A stretch of 63,947 nucleotides of DNA, the filler included, from Guillardia theta CCMP2712 (lineage: Eukaryota > Protista > Cryptophyta): NCBI RefSeq assembly GCF_000315625.1. It is 7 parts of 7 records of this genome, joined end to end, with 100 filler letters (N's around TTAATTAATTAA, not from the genome) between each part and the next. Parts side by side here need not be neighbours in the genome. Positions count along the whole stretch, not along the records: positions 12,639 to 26,161 come from NW_005434431.1; 6 more parts are not named here. One strand, written 5' to 3'. This document shows positions 14,329-23,841 of the stretch, piece after piece. Under the pieces are notes generated by a model. It did not search any database, had not been told where the DNA came from, and saw only the letters and a program-made list of their open reading frames with translations. Position 1 is the stretch's first letter. Every line of letters starts with the position of its first letter. Position numbers and translations under genes: made by a program.

Positions 14329-15089
14329 TTAGGGGGTGAGGATGCGGGATATGGACTTGAGGATGGCGAGGGTCTTCTGGTGGCAGGCATAGCAGGGGAA
14401 TTGGCCGGTGGTGTTGGCCAAGTTTGTTTTTCGGCGGTACTGCCTGTTGACGGTTGTGGAGATGCGATCAGCCTCTTCTTGGATCTCCTGGGTTTTTCGG
14501 TCCCAGGCCTTCATGCTTTCGATGATTTGACGGAGGCTGCGGAAGTCGAGGGATGGGCGGTTTTGCACCTGGGAGAGAACGCGATTGAGTTCGTCGATGA
14601 GGTTCTTCATCCCGGCTACGGTCTCTGCCTGCTCGGAGACCAAGGTCTGGTCGGGAAGCCCTTGAGTTGAGCGTTCTGGACGACGCCGAGGTACTGCTTG
14701 AGTTTTGCGGTCTTGAAGTTGAGCCTGCGTATGATCTGTGTCTTTTTGGTTTCCCACTCCTGAACCTTGTTCTTGAAGACGAGGATGAAGTCCTTGTTCA
14801 ACTTGTGGAGCTCACGGGACCACAGGGGTGTGAGGGCGTCGCGTTCGGGGGAGTACTCTTCGCGCTGGAGGGTGGTGTAGAGCTGATTGATGTTGGAGAG
14901 CCTCTGGGAGGCCTGATCGATGTCCTTCTGAATGTCATTGATTTGCTGTGGGTTACTGCCTTCGTTGCTTAGCTCGGTCTTGAGATAGGTGATGAGCTCG
15001 CCCAAGGACTTGAGGTTTTCTGCGAGCTGGCTGCGTTCTGATTCGAACCTTTCGAGGTAATTGGTCTTTTCCCATGATAGCTTGAGCAT
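14329..15089 (-). pseudogene. Coiled-coil hypothetical protein split by one frameshift
   Basis: MLKLSWEK...VVQNAQLKG continues in another frame as LPDQTLVSEQAETVAGMKNLIDELNRVL...CYACHQK...; shift near 14655-14665; heptad-like composition throughout. Confidence 0.6.
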
Positions 15090-15191
15090 GGTGGTTTTTC
15101 GGAGGGGGGGTGGTGGGGGTGTGCGGTGTGGATGCATATATATGCTTTCGTTGTGGACGGAGTTTTGAAAATTGAAGCAAAAAGCCGAGCC

Positions 15192-15759
15192 ATGAGTCAC
15201 TGTGAGGGGCTGTCCTGCCCGAGCTACCGTGTGATCTCTATCAAGCCCGACTACGAGGAACGAGAGTACCAGCCCAGTGTTTGGGCATCAACCCGCGTGG
15301 ACTGCAATTCGGTGGGGAAGAGCGTGTTTTACTCGAGGCTGACCAAGGCGAAGATGCAGGGGTTCAGGGCCTTGCTGAGGTACATATCCGGCAACAACCA
15401 GGCTCACATTCACATCGCTATGACGCGCCCGGTGATATTCCGGGTGAATCGGCGGCGGGGGAGGTTGTTGCCTCGTTTTCCTGAGCAACGACACGGATGC
15501 GCGGTTCCCGAGCCCCCTGAGCAGGGATGTGATCGTGGAGGGGGTGCCTGCGATGAGAGTGTTTGTGAGGAAGTTTTCCAGCTTCGTCCCGGTGCCTTCG
15601 GAGGAGAGCGTGTTCAATCAAGGAGATGTTCTGAGGAAGGATCTAGAGAAGGGAGGGGAGGGCGTTGAGTCCGACGAGTTCTTCGATGTTCAGTACAACT
15701 CGCCATTCACCTTCTTCAAAGACAAACACGAGGTTTGGATAGAGAGGAGGCCCTTTTAG
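15192..15759 (+). pseudogene. SOUL/heme-binding protein family gene, intronless, frameshifted
   Basis: SOUL-family motifs CPSYRVI..DYEEREY, GFRALLRYISGNN, IAMTRPV, VFVRKF, QYNSPF..HEVWI; frame breaks between ~15450 and ~15520 at G/T/C runs. Confidence 0.8.
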
Positions 15760-15815
15760 AGCATGCTTGGATCCTTGAAGAGCATGCTTGGATTGACTGG
15801 GTTCAAGTTCAGTTC

Positions 15816-16160
15816 AAAGGGGCTTGAAGCGCGCTTCAAAGGGGCTTGAAAAGGCGCTTGCAAAGGGGCTTGAAAAGGGGCTTGCAAAGGGGCTTGAAAA
15901 GGGCTTGCAAGGGGCTTGAAAAGGGGCNNNNNNNNNNNNNNNNNNNNNNNNNNNNNNNNNNNNNNNNNNNNNNNNNNNNNNNNNNNNNNNNNNNNNNNNN
16001 NNNNNNNNNNNNNNNNNNNNNNNNNNNAAAAGGGGCTTGCAAAGGGCTTGAAAGGGGCTTGCAAAGGGGCTTGCAAAGGGCTTGAAAAGGGGCTTGCAAA
16101 GGGGCTTGCAAAGGGGCTTGCAAAGGGGCTTGAAAAGGGGCTTGCAAAGGGGCTTGAAAA
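15816..16160 (+). repeat. 11-12 bp minisatellite AAAGGGGCTTG(C/A) between convergent genes
   Basis: Many tandem copies around a 100-N gap. Confidence 0.95.
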
Positions 16161-16200
16161 GGCGCGACAGGAAAAGAGCTCACAGAGCTCAAAGGCGCCA

Positions 16201-16436
16201 GAGCTCACAGGCGAAAGAGCTCAAACGCGCGAGAGGAAAGTCTCCAGACGGGATTGGCGAAGAGGGGAGGGCAGCTTGAAGGGCTAAGTTTAGAATATCT
16301 TTACTGAGTTCCACAGAAAAGAGCTCACAGAGGCGCGAGAGGAAAGTCTCTCGCAGAGCTCACAGGCGAAAGAGCTCAAACGCGCGAGAGGAAAGTCTCC
16401 AGACGGGATTGGCGAAGAGGGGTGGGCAGCTTGAAG
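16201..16436 (+). repeat. 81-bp direct repeat duplicating the 3' end of the 456-aa ORF
   Basis: 16201-16281 matches 16356-16436 with one mismatch; extra gagctcacag and cgcgagaggaaagtctc fragments lie between them. Confidence 0.9.
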
Positions 16437-17746
16437 AGCACCCCGCGAGTGAAGGGCCTGATGAACAAGTGCTCCACAAGGCCCTGAGCGACTTGAATGA
16501 ATTCATCGTCCGAATAGCGCCTGTCAATGATGTCACCAATGATCTCATCAGCTGTCTTCTCCGCTTCTCCGTCAGCGAGTGCCTGTGTTTTGGTGAGAAA
16601 AGTCCTCAAAGAGACCTTGAACGCATTCAACTGATCGGAATCCTCGCGCAAGACTTGAAACATTCCAGGCATGGAAAGAAAAAGAAGGATCAAGCCACAG
16701 TAGTGATCAAAGTTGACAGCAGGGATAGACTTGCGAACACGATTGAAGAGATCCTTTGCAGTCGGGAGCAACAATGTCTTTGAGACTTCCTGGTCAGCTT
16801 CGGAGGACTCGGTGATCAAATCAGACTCATCACCAAACGTCTTTTTGTAGACAAAGATATAATGGAAGCAACGCTCAACATACATCAAAGAGCAAAAGAC
16901 CCGTTTCCCTTGCAAGAAGTAACACGCCCCGTCAGCCAGACGGTATGAAAAACGAGCCATGTCATCGAAAAGGAGACTATTGGAGGTTTGGGAGTGGGAA
17001 GCAGCCATGCATCGATGGTGGAAACTCAAGAGATACGGGAGGTAATTGAAATGAACGAGGAATCTCCCGAATCCACAGTCAGCATTGAAGAAAACAGCAC
17101 GGAACAAAGTCTTGGGAGAGATTTTGTCTGAGGGAACATGGACCACAATAGAGCTCTTCTGCCATTCCCAAAAATGGTTGAACAAGACAAGAGGGAGAAA
17201 ACTCCAAGTATCCTTCACTCTGGGTGTCATCAAAGCCTCAAGACTCTCTTTCAACTCCTTTGGAAGTCCAGCAACAAAAGAAGACAGTTTCGAGCTGAGA
17301 ACTGAAAAGCAGGAGCTATGCTCATCGAACTTCTTCTGGTATTCCTTAGTCACCCGCTTTCGAATGCGCTCATCATCCATTTCACGGACCGCCCACTCCT
17401 CAGCTATCTTCGCAGCCTCATCTTTGGCTTTCCAGTCAGACTCCTCTTGGATATCAGGAAACTCAAGGCTATCCACTTTCTCCCTGACTCCAGTGAACCA
17501 CTTCTCGTCCGCAAACACGTCATCGACATCATCAAAGTCATCGGAAGAGTTGCCTCCCTCGCTCTGACCCTCAGAAGAGCTGCCACCCTCACTCTCACCC
17601 TCAGAAGCGTTGCCTCCCTCACTCTCACTCTCAGAAGCGTTGTCGCCCTCATCATCACTCACTTCATCACGTTTCCTCTTATCCCCAGGATGGAGGACCA
17701 AGAACAAGACAGAAAGCAACACTCGTGTATGCTTGTAAACAAACAT
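16376..17746 (-). CDS. Hypothetical 456-aa protein with KRKR cluster and acidic S/E/G repeats near the N-terminus
   Basis: Long intronless ORF; DKRKRDE followed by 30-bp repeats (EGGNASEGES); AT-rich region upstream. Confidence 0.75.
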   Translation of the reverse strand: MFVYKHTRVLLSVLFLVLHPGDKRKRDEVSDDEGDNASESESEGGNASEGESEGGSSSEGQSEGGNSSDDFDDVDDVFADEKWFTGVREKVDSLEFPDIQEESDWKAKDEAAKIAEEWAVREMDDERIRKRVTKEYQKKFDEHSSCFSVLSSKLSSFVAGLPKELKESLEALMTPRVKDTWSFLPLVLFNHFWEWQKSSIVVHVPSDKISPKTLFRAVFFNADCGFGRFLVHFNYLPYLLSFHHRCMAASHSQTSNSLLFDDMARFSYRLADGACYFLQGKRVFCSLMYVERCFHYIFVYKKTFGDESDLITESSEADQEVSKTLLLPTAKDLFNRVRKSIPAVNFDHYCGLILLFLSMPGMFQVLREDSDQLNAFKVSLRTFLTKTQALADGEAEKTADEIIGDIIDRRYSDDEFIQVAQGLVEHLFIRPFTRGVLFKLPTPLRQSRLETFLSRV

Positions 17747-17952
17747 CTCTCGCGTTTGATGCTTCTCGTGTTTCTCGCGGATTGTTTTAAGCCCTCCTGG
17801 TGGAGGGATCAGGGAAACCTAAAAGATTGTAGCTCTCCTCTGGTGGTCTAGAAAAAATAATTGCTGGTAGAGAGAATTTTAAAATTGTACAGGAGAGAAA
17901 ATATTTTTGGTTTTATATAGATATTATTTTTTAGATTGTTGCAGCGAGGCCT

Positions 17953-18458
17953 CTGTCAGCCAAGAGGGTAGAACCACCCCCCTGCTATGAGTACCCCCTG
18001 TTTGCTGTAGAGACTACCCCTGATGGTCCGTGTCAGCCAAGAGGGTAAAACCACCCCCTGCTATGAGTACCCCCTGTTTGCACTTGAGACTACCCCTGAA
18101 CGCCCCTGTCAGCCAAGAGGGTAGAACTACCCCCTGCTATGAGTACCCCCTGTTTGCACTTGAGACTACCCCTGAACGCCCCTGTCAGCCAAGAGGGTAG
18201 AACTACCCCCTGCTATGAGTACCCCCTGTTTGCACTTGAGACTACCCCTGAACACCCCTGTCAGCCAAGAGGGTAGAACTACCCCCTGCTATGAGTACCC
18301 CCTGTTTGCACTTGAGACTACTCCTGAACACCCCTGTCAGCCAAGAGGGTAGAACCACCCCCTGCTATGAGTACCCCCTGTTTGCACTTGAGACTACCCC
18401 TGAACACCCCTGTCAGCCAAGAGGGTAGAACCACCCCCTGCTATGAGTACCCCCAGTT
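17953..18458 (+). repeat. 76-bp tandem array (~6.7 copies) beside an AT-rich tract, between divergent genes
   Basis: Unit starts at 17953, 18030, 18106, 18182, 18258, 18334, 18410; each full unit has up to four ACCCC(C)TG-type sub-motifs. Confidence 0.95.
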
Positions 18459-18596
18459 TGGGAGAGAGACTATTCAGTGCGTCTCTGCCAGGCAAGAGGC
18501 AAACCAGAGGGAGCAAAGAATATTTTCCAGAGAGGAGAAATTTATTTCGAGAGAGCAGAGTTTTATTTGCATCCCTGATTTTTCTTTCCCTTGGAA

Positions 18597-19590
18597 ATGT
18601 CTTATTGTCCATGCGAGGCTACGAGCAAATTCATACGACAATACCTAGACAGATTGAAGATAGGAGAGGAAAAGGAAGGGGAGGAGGATGGAAAACTAGG
18701 ACGAATCAGCGAGAGTCTATTCACCTGCTTCATATATCACATCAAGAGAAACAGCAAACTTTTTGAATACATCAGGAAAGTAGAAAAGGTGTTGGATATC
18801 AGGGAGGCGTTGAAGAGATCGCTTTACATCCAAGAGCAGCATTTCAAGAAATGGACGAACTACGAATCAGGAGACCCCAAGTTTCTCGAGTCGAGCTTCC
18901 TGTACAGCCGCATGGATCCTGGCATTCAATACTTCCTGCGAGAGAAAGGCATCCCGACGCTCCAGCAAGTCCTGGGCTTCATTCTGATCAAGACATACAA
19001 GAGCAAGTCCCCCAGCATCGAATGGAGTACGATTGATGAAGAGTTTCTATCGAAGATCGAGGTAGTGTGATGCTGTGTTGAACCTCTGGACTGATTCTCA
19101 CGCAGGACAGGCGAATATTACGCAACCTCTACTTCTTCTCCCTGCTCCTGCACATAATTGGGCTATCGGAGCCATGCAAGGAGGTCCCGTTCAACAAGTT
19201 CTCGAGGGAGCATATCATAGAACACATCGAGAAGCAATCGGTTTCTCCGTCCAGAACCGATGCGATCCTGGCAGAGAAGCTGGGTTTCAAACCCGCCGGA
19301 TTGCAGCTGATGGATCATATCGTGAAGGTGATCTTCTGGGCTCTCTGACTTCCCTTGATTGAGCTTCTTGGCAGAAGGATCGATTCGACAAAGTCTATTC
19401 TATCCTCGCGTGCTGCGTGCTGATGATCACGATGCTGAATTTCCTGCTGAATGAGCTTGCAGTCAACTGCATCCCCCTGCTGAGACCCTGCTTTGGCAAG
19501 GAATACAAGAAGAACCAAGCCATGAACTACTGCTGTGAATTCTTCATCTGTTTTGTTGAGGACATTATCCTCTTCTACCGGGAAAAATGA
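18597..19590 (+). CDS. Hypothetical ~300-aa protein with two short spliceosomal introns
   Basis: Exons 18597-19061, 19106-19327 and 19375-19590 join in phase 0 through GT-AG introns of 44 and 47 bp with CTGAT/CTGAC branch-like motifs, removing the in-frame stops; ends ...FVEDIILFYREK*. Confidence 0.7.
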
Positions 19591-19670
19591 AGAAGAGACG
19601 CGAGATCAGACTTAGAGACTTGTATTAGGGGGAAAATAAAAAAGAAGCAAACTTTTTTAAAAAACCCCGA

Positions 19671-21282
19671 TCACCTCCAGACAGGGATGTTCATATGCCC
19701 CGGCACAGAATAGTTCCAGCGATTCCATTGCATGACTCCCTTTCCGCTCCTCAAAGCAAGCTTTTCTATGGAATGCTTCATGGATAACATTTGGATCTCC
19801 CAATCCTTCTCCTTAGCTTCCACCAGTTTTCTAGACTGCTTCTTGGCCTCGACAACATCCCCGTCCACCGCCGGGAGACGGAACTTCAACAGATCACTAA
19901 TGACTTGGGCAAGGTCTCTGGTCAACTCTAGAAGACTCTTGAATTTAGTCTCGTGACCCCAAACGAAAACCGGGTTTTCCTCGATCAATTTCAAGACCTC
20001 CAAAGCGTTACGTTTCCCTATCCCGCTGCAAATACTCGTCCCGGGGAAGATTTGACTCTCCTCAAGCATGCATCGAAACACAAAGACGCCCACAAGGGCG
20101 TAAATGAAGAGCGAGTCAAAGCCCTCCCCTTTCTTCCCCAACATGAGCGCTTTGACGTAATCTACAGCCCTCCTCCCGCTGCCATCTTCGCCTCTTCTGA
20201 CGTATTCCCTCAAAAGACTGAGTATGGTTTTTGCTCTGATTGAGATTTCCTCCATTTCATTGACATCCTGGCTATTGAGGACTTTCTTCAACAAGTTCAA
20301 GTCATTCGTGTCCCGCTTCTGATTGGCCTGACTCAGATTTCCGCCCGGATTCAAAACATCCCTTTGACTCCGTTTACGTCTTCTCTTGGTTGGGAGCGCA
20401 TCACTTGGTTCTCCATCAGAAGCATCGGAATGCTCGGAGGACTCGGAGGATGCGGAGGACTCGGAGGATGTGGAGGACTCGGAGGATGTGGAGGACTCGG
20501 AGGATGTGGAGGACTCGGAGGATGCGGAGGACTCGGAGGATGTCCGTTACTAATCCAGCGTCAAAAGCGGGCTGCACCAGAGGGGGCTGCATCAGAGGGG
20601 GCTGCATGAGAGCGGGGGCATTGCTCCTCAAAAGCGGGCTGCACCAGAGCGGGCTGCACCAGAGGGGGCTGCATCAGAGGGGGCTGCATGAGAGCGGGGG
20701 CATTGCTCCTCCTGAGAGCGGGGGCATTGCTCCTCCAGACAGCGGGGGCATTGCCTGGGAGCCCCACGGGCTGAATCAGAGCGGGGGCATTCTCCGGGAG
20801 CCCCAGGGGCTGCATGAGAGCGAGCGGGGGCGTTGCTCCTCCAGACAGCGGGGGCATTGCCTGGGAGCCCCACGGGCGGGCTGAATCAGAGCGGGGGCAT
20901 TCTCCGGGAGGCCCAGGGGCTGCATGAGAGCGGGCTGCATGAGAGCGGGGGCGTTGCCCCCCCACACAGGGGGCTGCATGAGAGCGGGCTGCATGAGAGC
21001 GGGGGCGTTGCCCCCCCACACAGGGGGCTGCATCAGAGCCGGGGCGCTGCTCCTCCAGACAGCGGGGGCATTCTCCGGGAGCCCCCCCGATGGAACAAAA
21101 CGGGGGGTTTCATTCTTGTGCATTCCCATGACAGGTGTCGGCAAATCCAAGGGGGGCAGCGGGGTCATGGCATTGCCCACTCCACGACCAGAAAAATCAA
21201 CCATTGGACGGATGGCAGGGATGCCCAGAGGGTCGGCTCTGGGATAGAAGGAAGGATGCGTTGACATCGGCACAAGAGACAT
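19671..21282 (-). pseudogene. Hypothetical protein with Pro-rich repeat N-terminus (frameshifted), SSES repeats, KRRRKR cluster and ~230-aa helical C-terminal domain
   Basis: The frame of ORF 19671-20354 stays open upstream to ~20548 (SSESSTSSE...PTKRRRKRSQRDVLNPGG). Further upstream, the ENAPALMQPP repeats switch frame at 4-bp duplications (~20822, ~20876). Confidence 0.6.
20434..21088 (+). repeat. 18-bp array (CTCGGAGGATGYGGAGGA, ~6 copies) plus composite 12-24 bp repeats
   Basis: Directly visible tandem units such as gggggctgcatgagagc and gggggcattgctcctc. Confidence 0.9.
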
Positions 21283-21490
21283 CCTTTGCGATGAGCTTTA
21301 TGCTTTATGCTTGGGACATATATATACTTGTCTGAGCAAATGCTGGTGTTCCTCATTTATCCTCTCTATCACCCACAGCCCCCTGCAGAAGCACCTCATT
21401 CAATCCTCCTTTGCCTTGATGAAGATCCTAGATCACAGACCAGAGTCACACCTCCCCCCCACAGCCCTGCAGATGCATCACCTCTTGATC

Positions 21491-21644
21491 GCATCGATGT
21501 TTCCACCGCAATAAGGGCAGCACTTGTGAATGTCCAAGTTCAATTCACAGGTCTCGCACGTGACGGCATCGATGTTTCCACCGCAATAAGGGCAGCACTT
21601 GTGAATGTCCAAGTTCAATTCACAGGTCTCGCACGTGACGGCAT
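21491..21644 (+). repeat. Perfect 75-bp tandem duplication inside a short + strand ORF (21340-21855)
   Basis: IDVSTAIRAALVNVQVQFTGLARDG is encoded twice. Confidence 0.9.
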
Positions 21645-21675
21645 GGCCGCAGGCCAGGACAATCTTCGAGCAACC

Positions 21676-23637
21676 CTAAGGAGACGAAGACGTGAGACGC
21701 ACAGCAGCACAAAACAGGGCAGCACAAAACAGGGCAGCACAAAACGAAGACGTGCAGCACAAAACGAAGACGTGAGACGCACAGCAGCACAAAACAGGGC
21801 AGCACAAAACAGGGCAGCACAAAACGAAGACGTGCAGCACAAAACGAAGACGTGAGACGCACAGCAGCACAAAACAGGGCAGCACAAACCGAAGACGTGC
21901 AGCACAAAACGAAGACGTGAGACGCACAGCAGCACAAAACAGGGGAAAGCACTGAATTACCCGGCCGCACTTGCAGCATTTCACGATCGAACGGTTCGCA
22001 TCCTGGATCTGATCCAACAGATCCATCCGCTGTTCGAAGAACTCCTTCTTGTTCTTGTCATTGTCATTTCTCTCCTTGACCCAGTCCTTGGTCTTCTGGA
22101 GGAGAGCCCTCTCGAGGCTCTCCTTGGCCCGGCGAGTTGTAACGAGTTTCTGCAACACGGCACAGACGCTGATCCCGCTGTCACAACACCACAGGAGCCA
22201 TTGGACGCTCGCATCGAGGGCCACAGCCCGATTGATATCCAGCTGCCGCATCTCTGAGAGCACCATCTTGCCGAGTTTCAACAGGCCAACATGGACCCGG
22301 ATGAGGATTTCATCCGAACCCGAGCTCTTGAGCTCCTCCTTGAGCTCCTCATTGACAGCAAGGGGGAGGCACTCCATGGCGGAAAAAAGAGAGGTGTACG
22401 GAAACACAACGTGAAGCTTCCTGCAGGCCTCCGGGGATCGCGCGAGGTATGACTCAGCCTCCATCAGGAAATTGCCAAAGCTGAACGTGACCCCAAACGT
22501 CGACATCACGCCCTGGCTTTCCTGGGAGAGAATGCAAAGCACCGAACGGCGGACAAGGCCAACTAAGAAATCGTTCAACCCCCTATACGTGTCGAACATG
22601 AGCTGCATGTCATCCAAGCTCGAGAGGAACTTCCAGTAGATCAGAAACTGGTAAAGGGACAACATCCCGCCCTTGTCTTTGTCATTCTCCAGAAGCGTGC
22701 CCACTGACTTCAAGCGCCCTTCATCGAACATCAAATCCCGGAACTCAGAGCTTCGTGCGCAGAGTTTCGCGAACTCCTTGTGCAACGTGGAGAACAAAAT
22801 GGAATCATCCGGATTCTCCATGATCTCGAGCACATACCTCCCAGACTTAAGAAGCAGCGCGCTGCTCTCCGCAAACAGCGAGAGATCATCCATCAGCCAA
22901 AACAGCTTCAACAGGACGCCACCCTTCCCGCGGTAGACCTGAACCAAGCGCATGAAGTGCTCGACCAGCCGCCTGTTGAGATACGAGATGTCCCGGTTGC
23001 CAACCACCAGGGAGCGGTCCCCGGCCAGCTGATCCAGAAAGGCAAGCACCCCGGCCACGCCCCTGGGGAATGGGCGGCAGACCGATATGTACTCCAAAGA
23101 GGCGCAGATGAGAAATTGATTCTCCTCCAGATCAAGGCACTCCGACCTCGCCTTCCTGTCCTTAAGCACCCCCATGATCAACTTCAAGAGCATGGACAGC
23201 AGAGAAGATCTCTCCTTGGTGCTGAGTCCGCTCTCGGGGACGCCCAGGTAGCTCGCCCACACCTGCTTGAGTGCCCCGTACATCTCGCTGCCGCGCAGCT
23301 CATCTGCCGCGCTGAAGAGACCGTCCTCGGATAGGTGCGAGTGAAGCGCCTTCACCCCGATCTTGACAATCCTCCAGCTCGCGAGGTTGCTCCGCACAAT
23401 CTTGAAGAGCCTGTCTCGTCCCCCGGTGCCCAGCTTCTCTTTGTCCTTCAGATCAACCACCTCTCGAAGGATGTCGTTGTACGAGTTGCGAGCGTCTTCG
23501 GCTGCGGTGCCCAGCTTCTCTCTGTCCTTCAGATCAACCACCTCTCGAAGGATGCCGTTGCATGAGTTGTGAGTGTCTTCGGCTGCGGTGCCCTCCTCGC
23601 CCCGCCTCCGCTTCCCTAGCTCTCTCTCGTGTTGCAT
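21676..23637 (-). CDS. Hypothetical ~650-aa helical (ARM/HEAT-like) protein with N-terminal KRRR cluster; 3' end reads into the minisatellite
   Basis: Long intronless Leu-rich ORF; 81-bp internal duplication (GTAAED...ILREVVDLKDxEKL twice); CCKCG near the end of unique sequence. Confidence 0.8.
   Translation of the reverse strand: MQHERELGKRRRGEEGTAAEDTHNSCNGILREVVDLKDREKLGTAAEDARNSYNDILREVVDLKDKEKLGTGGRDRLFKIVRSNLASWRIVKIGVKALHSHLSEDGLFSAADELRGSEMYGALKQVWASYLGVPESGLSTKERSSLLSMLLKLIMGVLKDRKARSECLDLEENQFLICASLEYISVCRPFPRGVAGVLAFLDQLAGDRSLVVGNRDISYLNRRLVEHFMRLVQVYRGKGGVLLKLFWLMDDLSLFAESSALLLKSGRYVLEIMENPDDSILFSTLHKEFAKLCARSSEFRDLMFDEGRLKSVGTLLENDKDKGGMLSLYQFLIYWKFLSSLDDMQLMFDTYRGLNDFLVGLVRRSVLCILSQESQGVMSTFGVTFSFGNFLMEAESYLARSPEACRKLHVVFPYTSLFSAMECLPLAVNEELKEELKSSGSDEILIRVHVGLLKLGKMVLSEMRQLDINRAVALDASVQWLLWCCDSGISVCAVLQKLVTTRRAKESLERALLQKTKDWVKERNDNDKNKKEFFEQRMDLLDQIQDANRSIVKCCKCGRVIQCFPLFCAAVRLTSSFCAARLRFVLPCFVLLCVSRLRFVLHVFVLCCPVLCCPVLCCCASHVFVLCCTSSFCAALFCAALFCAAVRLTSSSP
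21684..21943 (+). repeat. Composite minisatellite built from GCAGCACAAAAC plus AGG / GAAGACGT / GAAGACGTGAGACGCACA modules
   Basis: Visible modular tandem units where two ORFs converge. Confidence 0.9.
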
Positions 23638-23661
23638 GGCGTTCTCAGCACCAGAAAGAAC

Positions 23662-23800
23662 AGAATATTTTAAAATCCGTGGGTGTTTTTAAAAACTCAA
23701 TGGCTGACGGGTTATTTTTTAAAATGTGTTTTAAACTATTTTTGAAAAACGAGTTTTAAAAACAACATTAAAACATGTTTTAAAATTACTTTAAAAGAAT
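23662..23800. promoter_or_regulatory. AT-rich bidirectional promoter-like spacer packed with TTT(T)AAAA palindromes
   Basis: Repeated tttaaa / ttttgaaaa motifs within ~140 bp between divergent starts at 23637(-) and 23842(+). Confidence 0.55.
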
Positions 23801-23841
23801 CACCGGGCAAAACCGCCGCGGCAAACTCGGGACCAGACTGA

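Noticed and set aside
17953-18458. CRISPR-like repeat-spacer array
   Set aside because: The whole 76-bp unit repeats; there is no variable spacer
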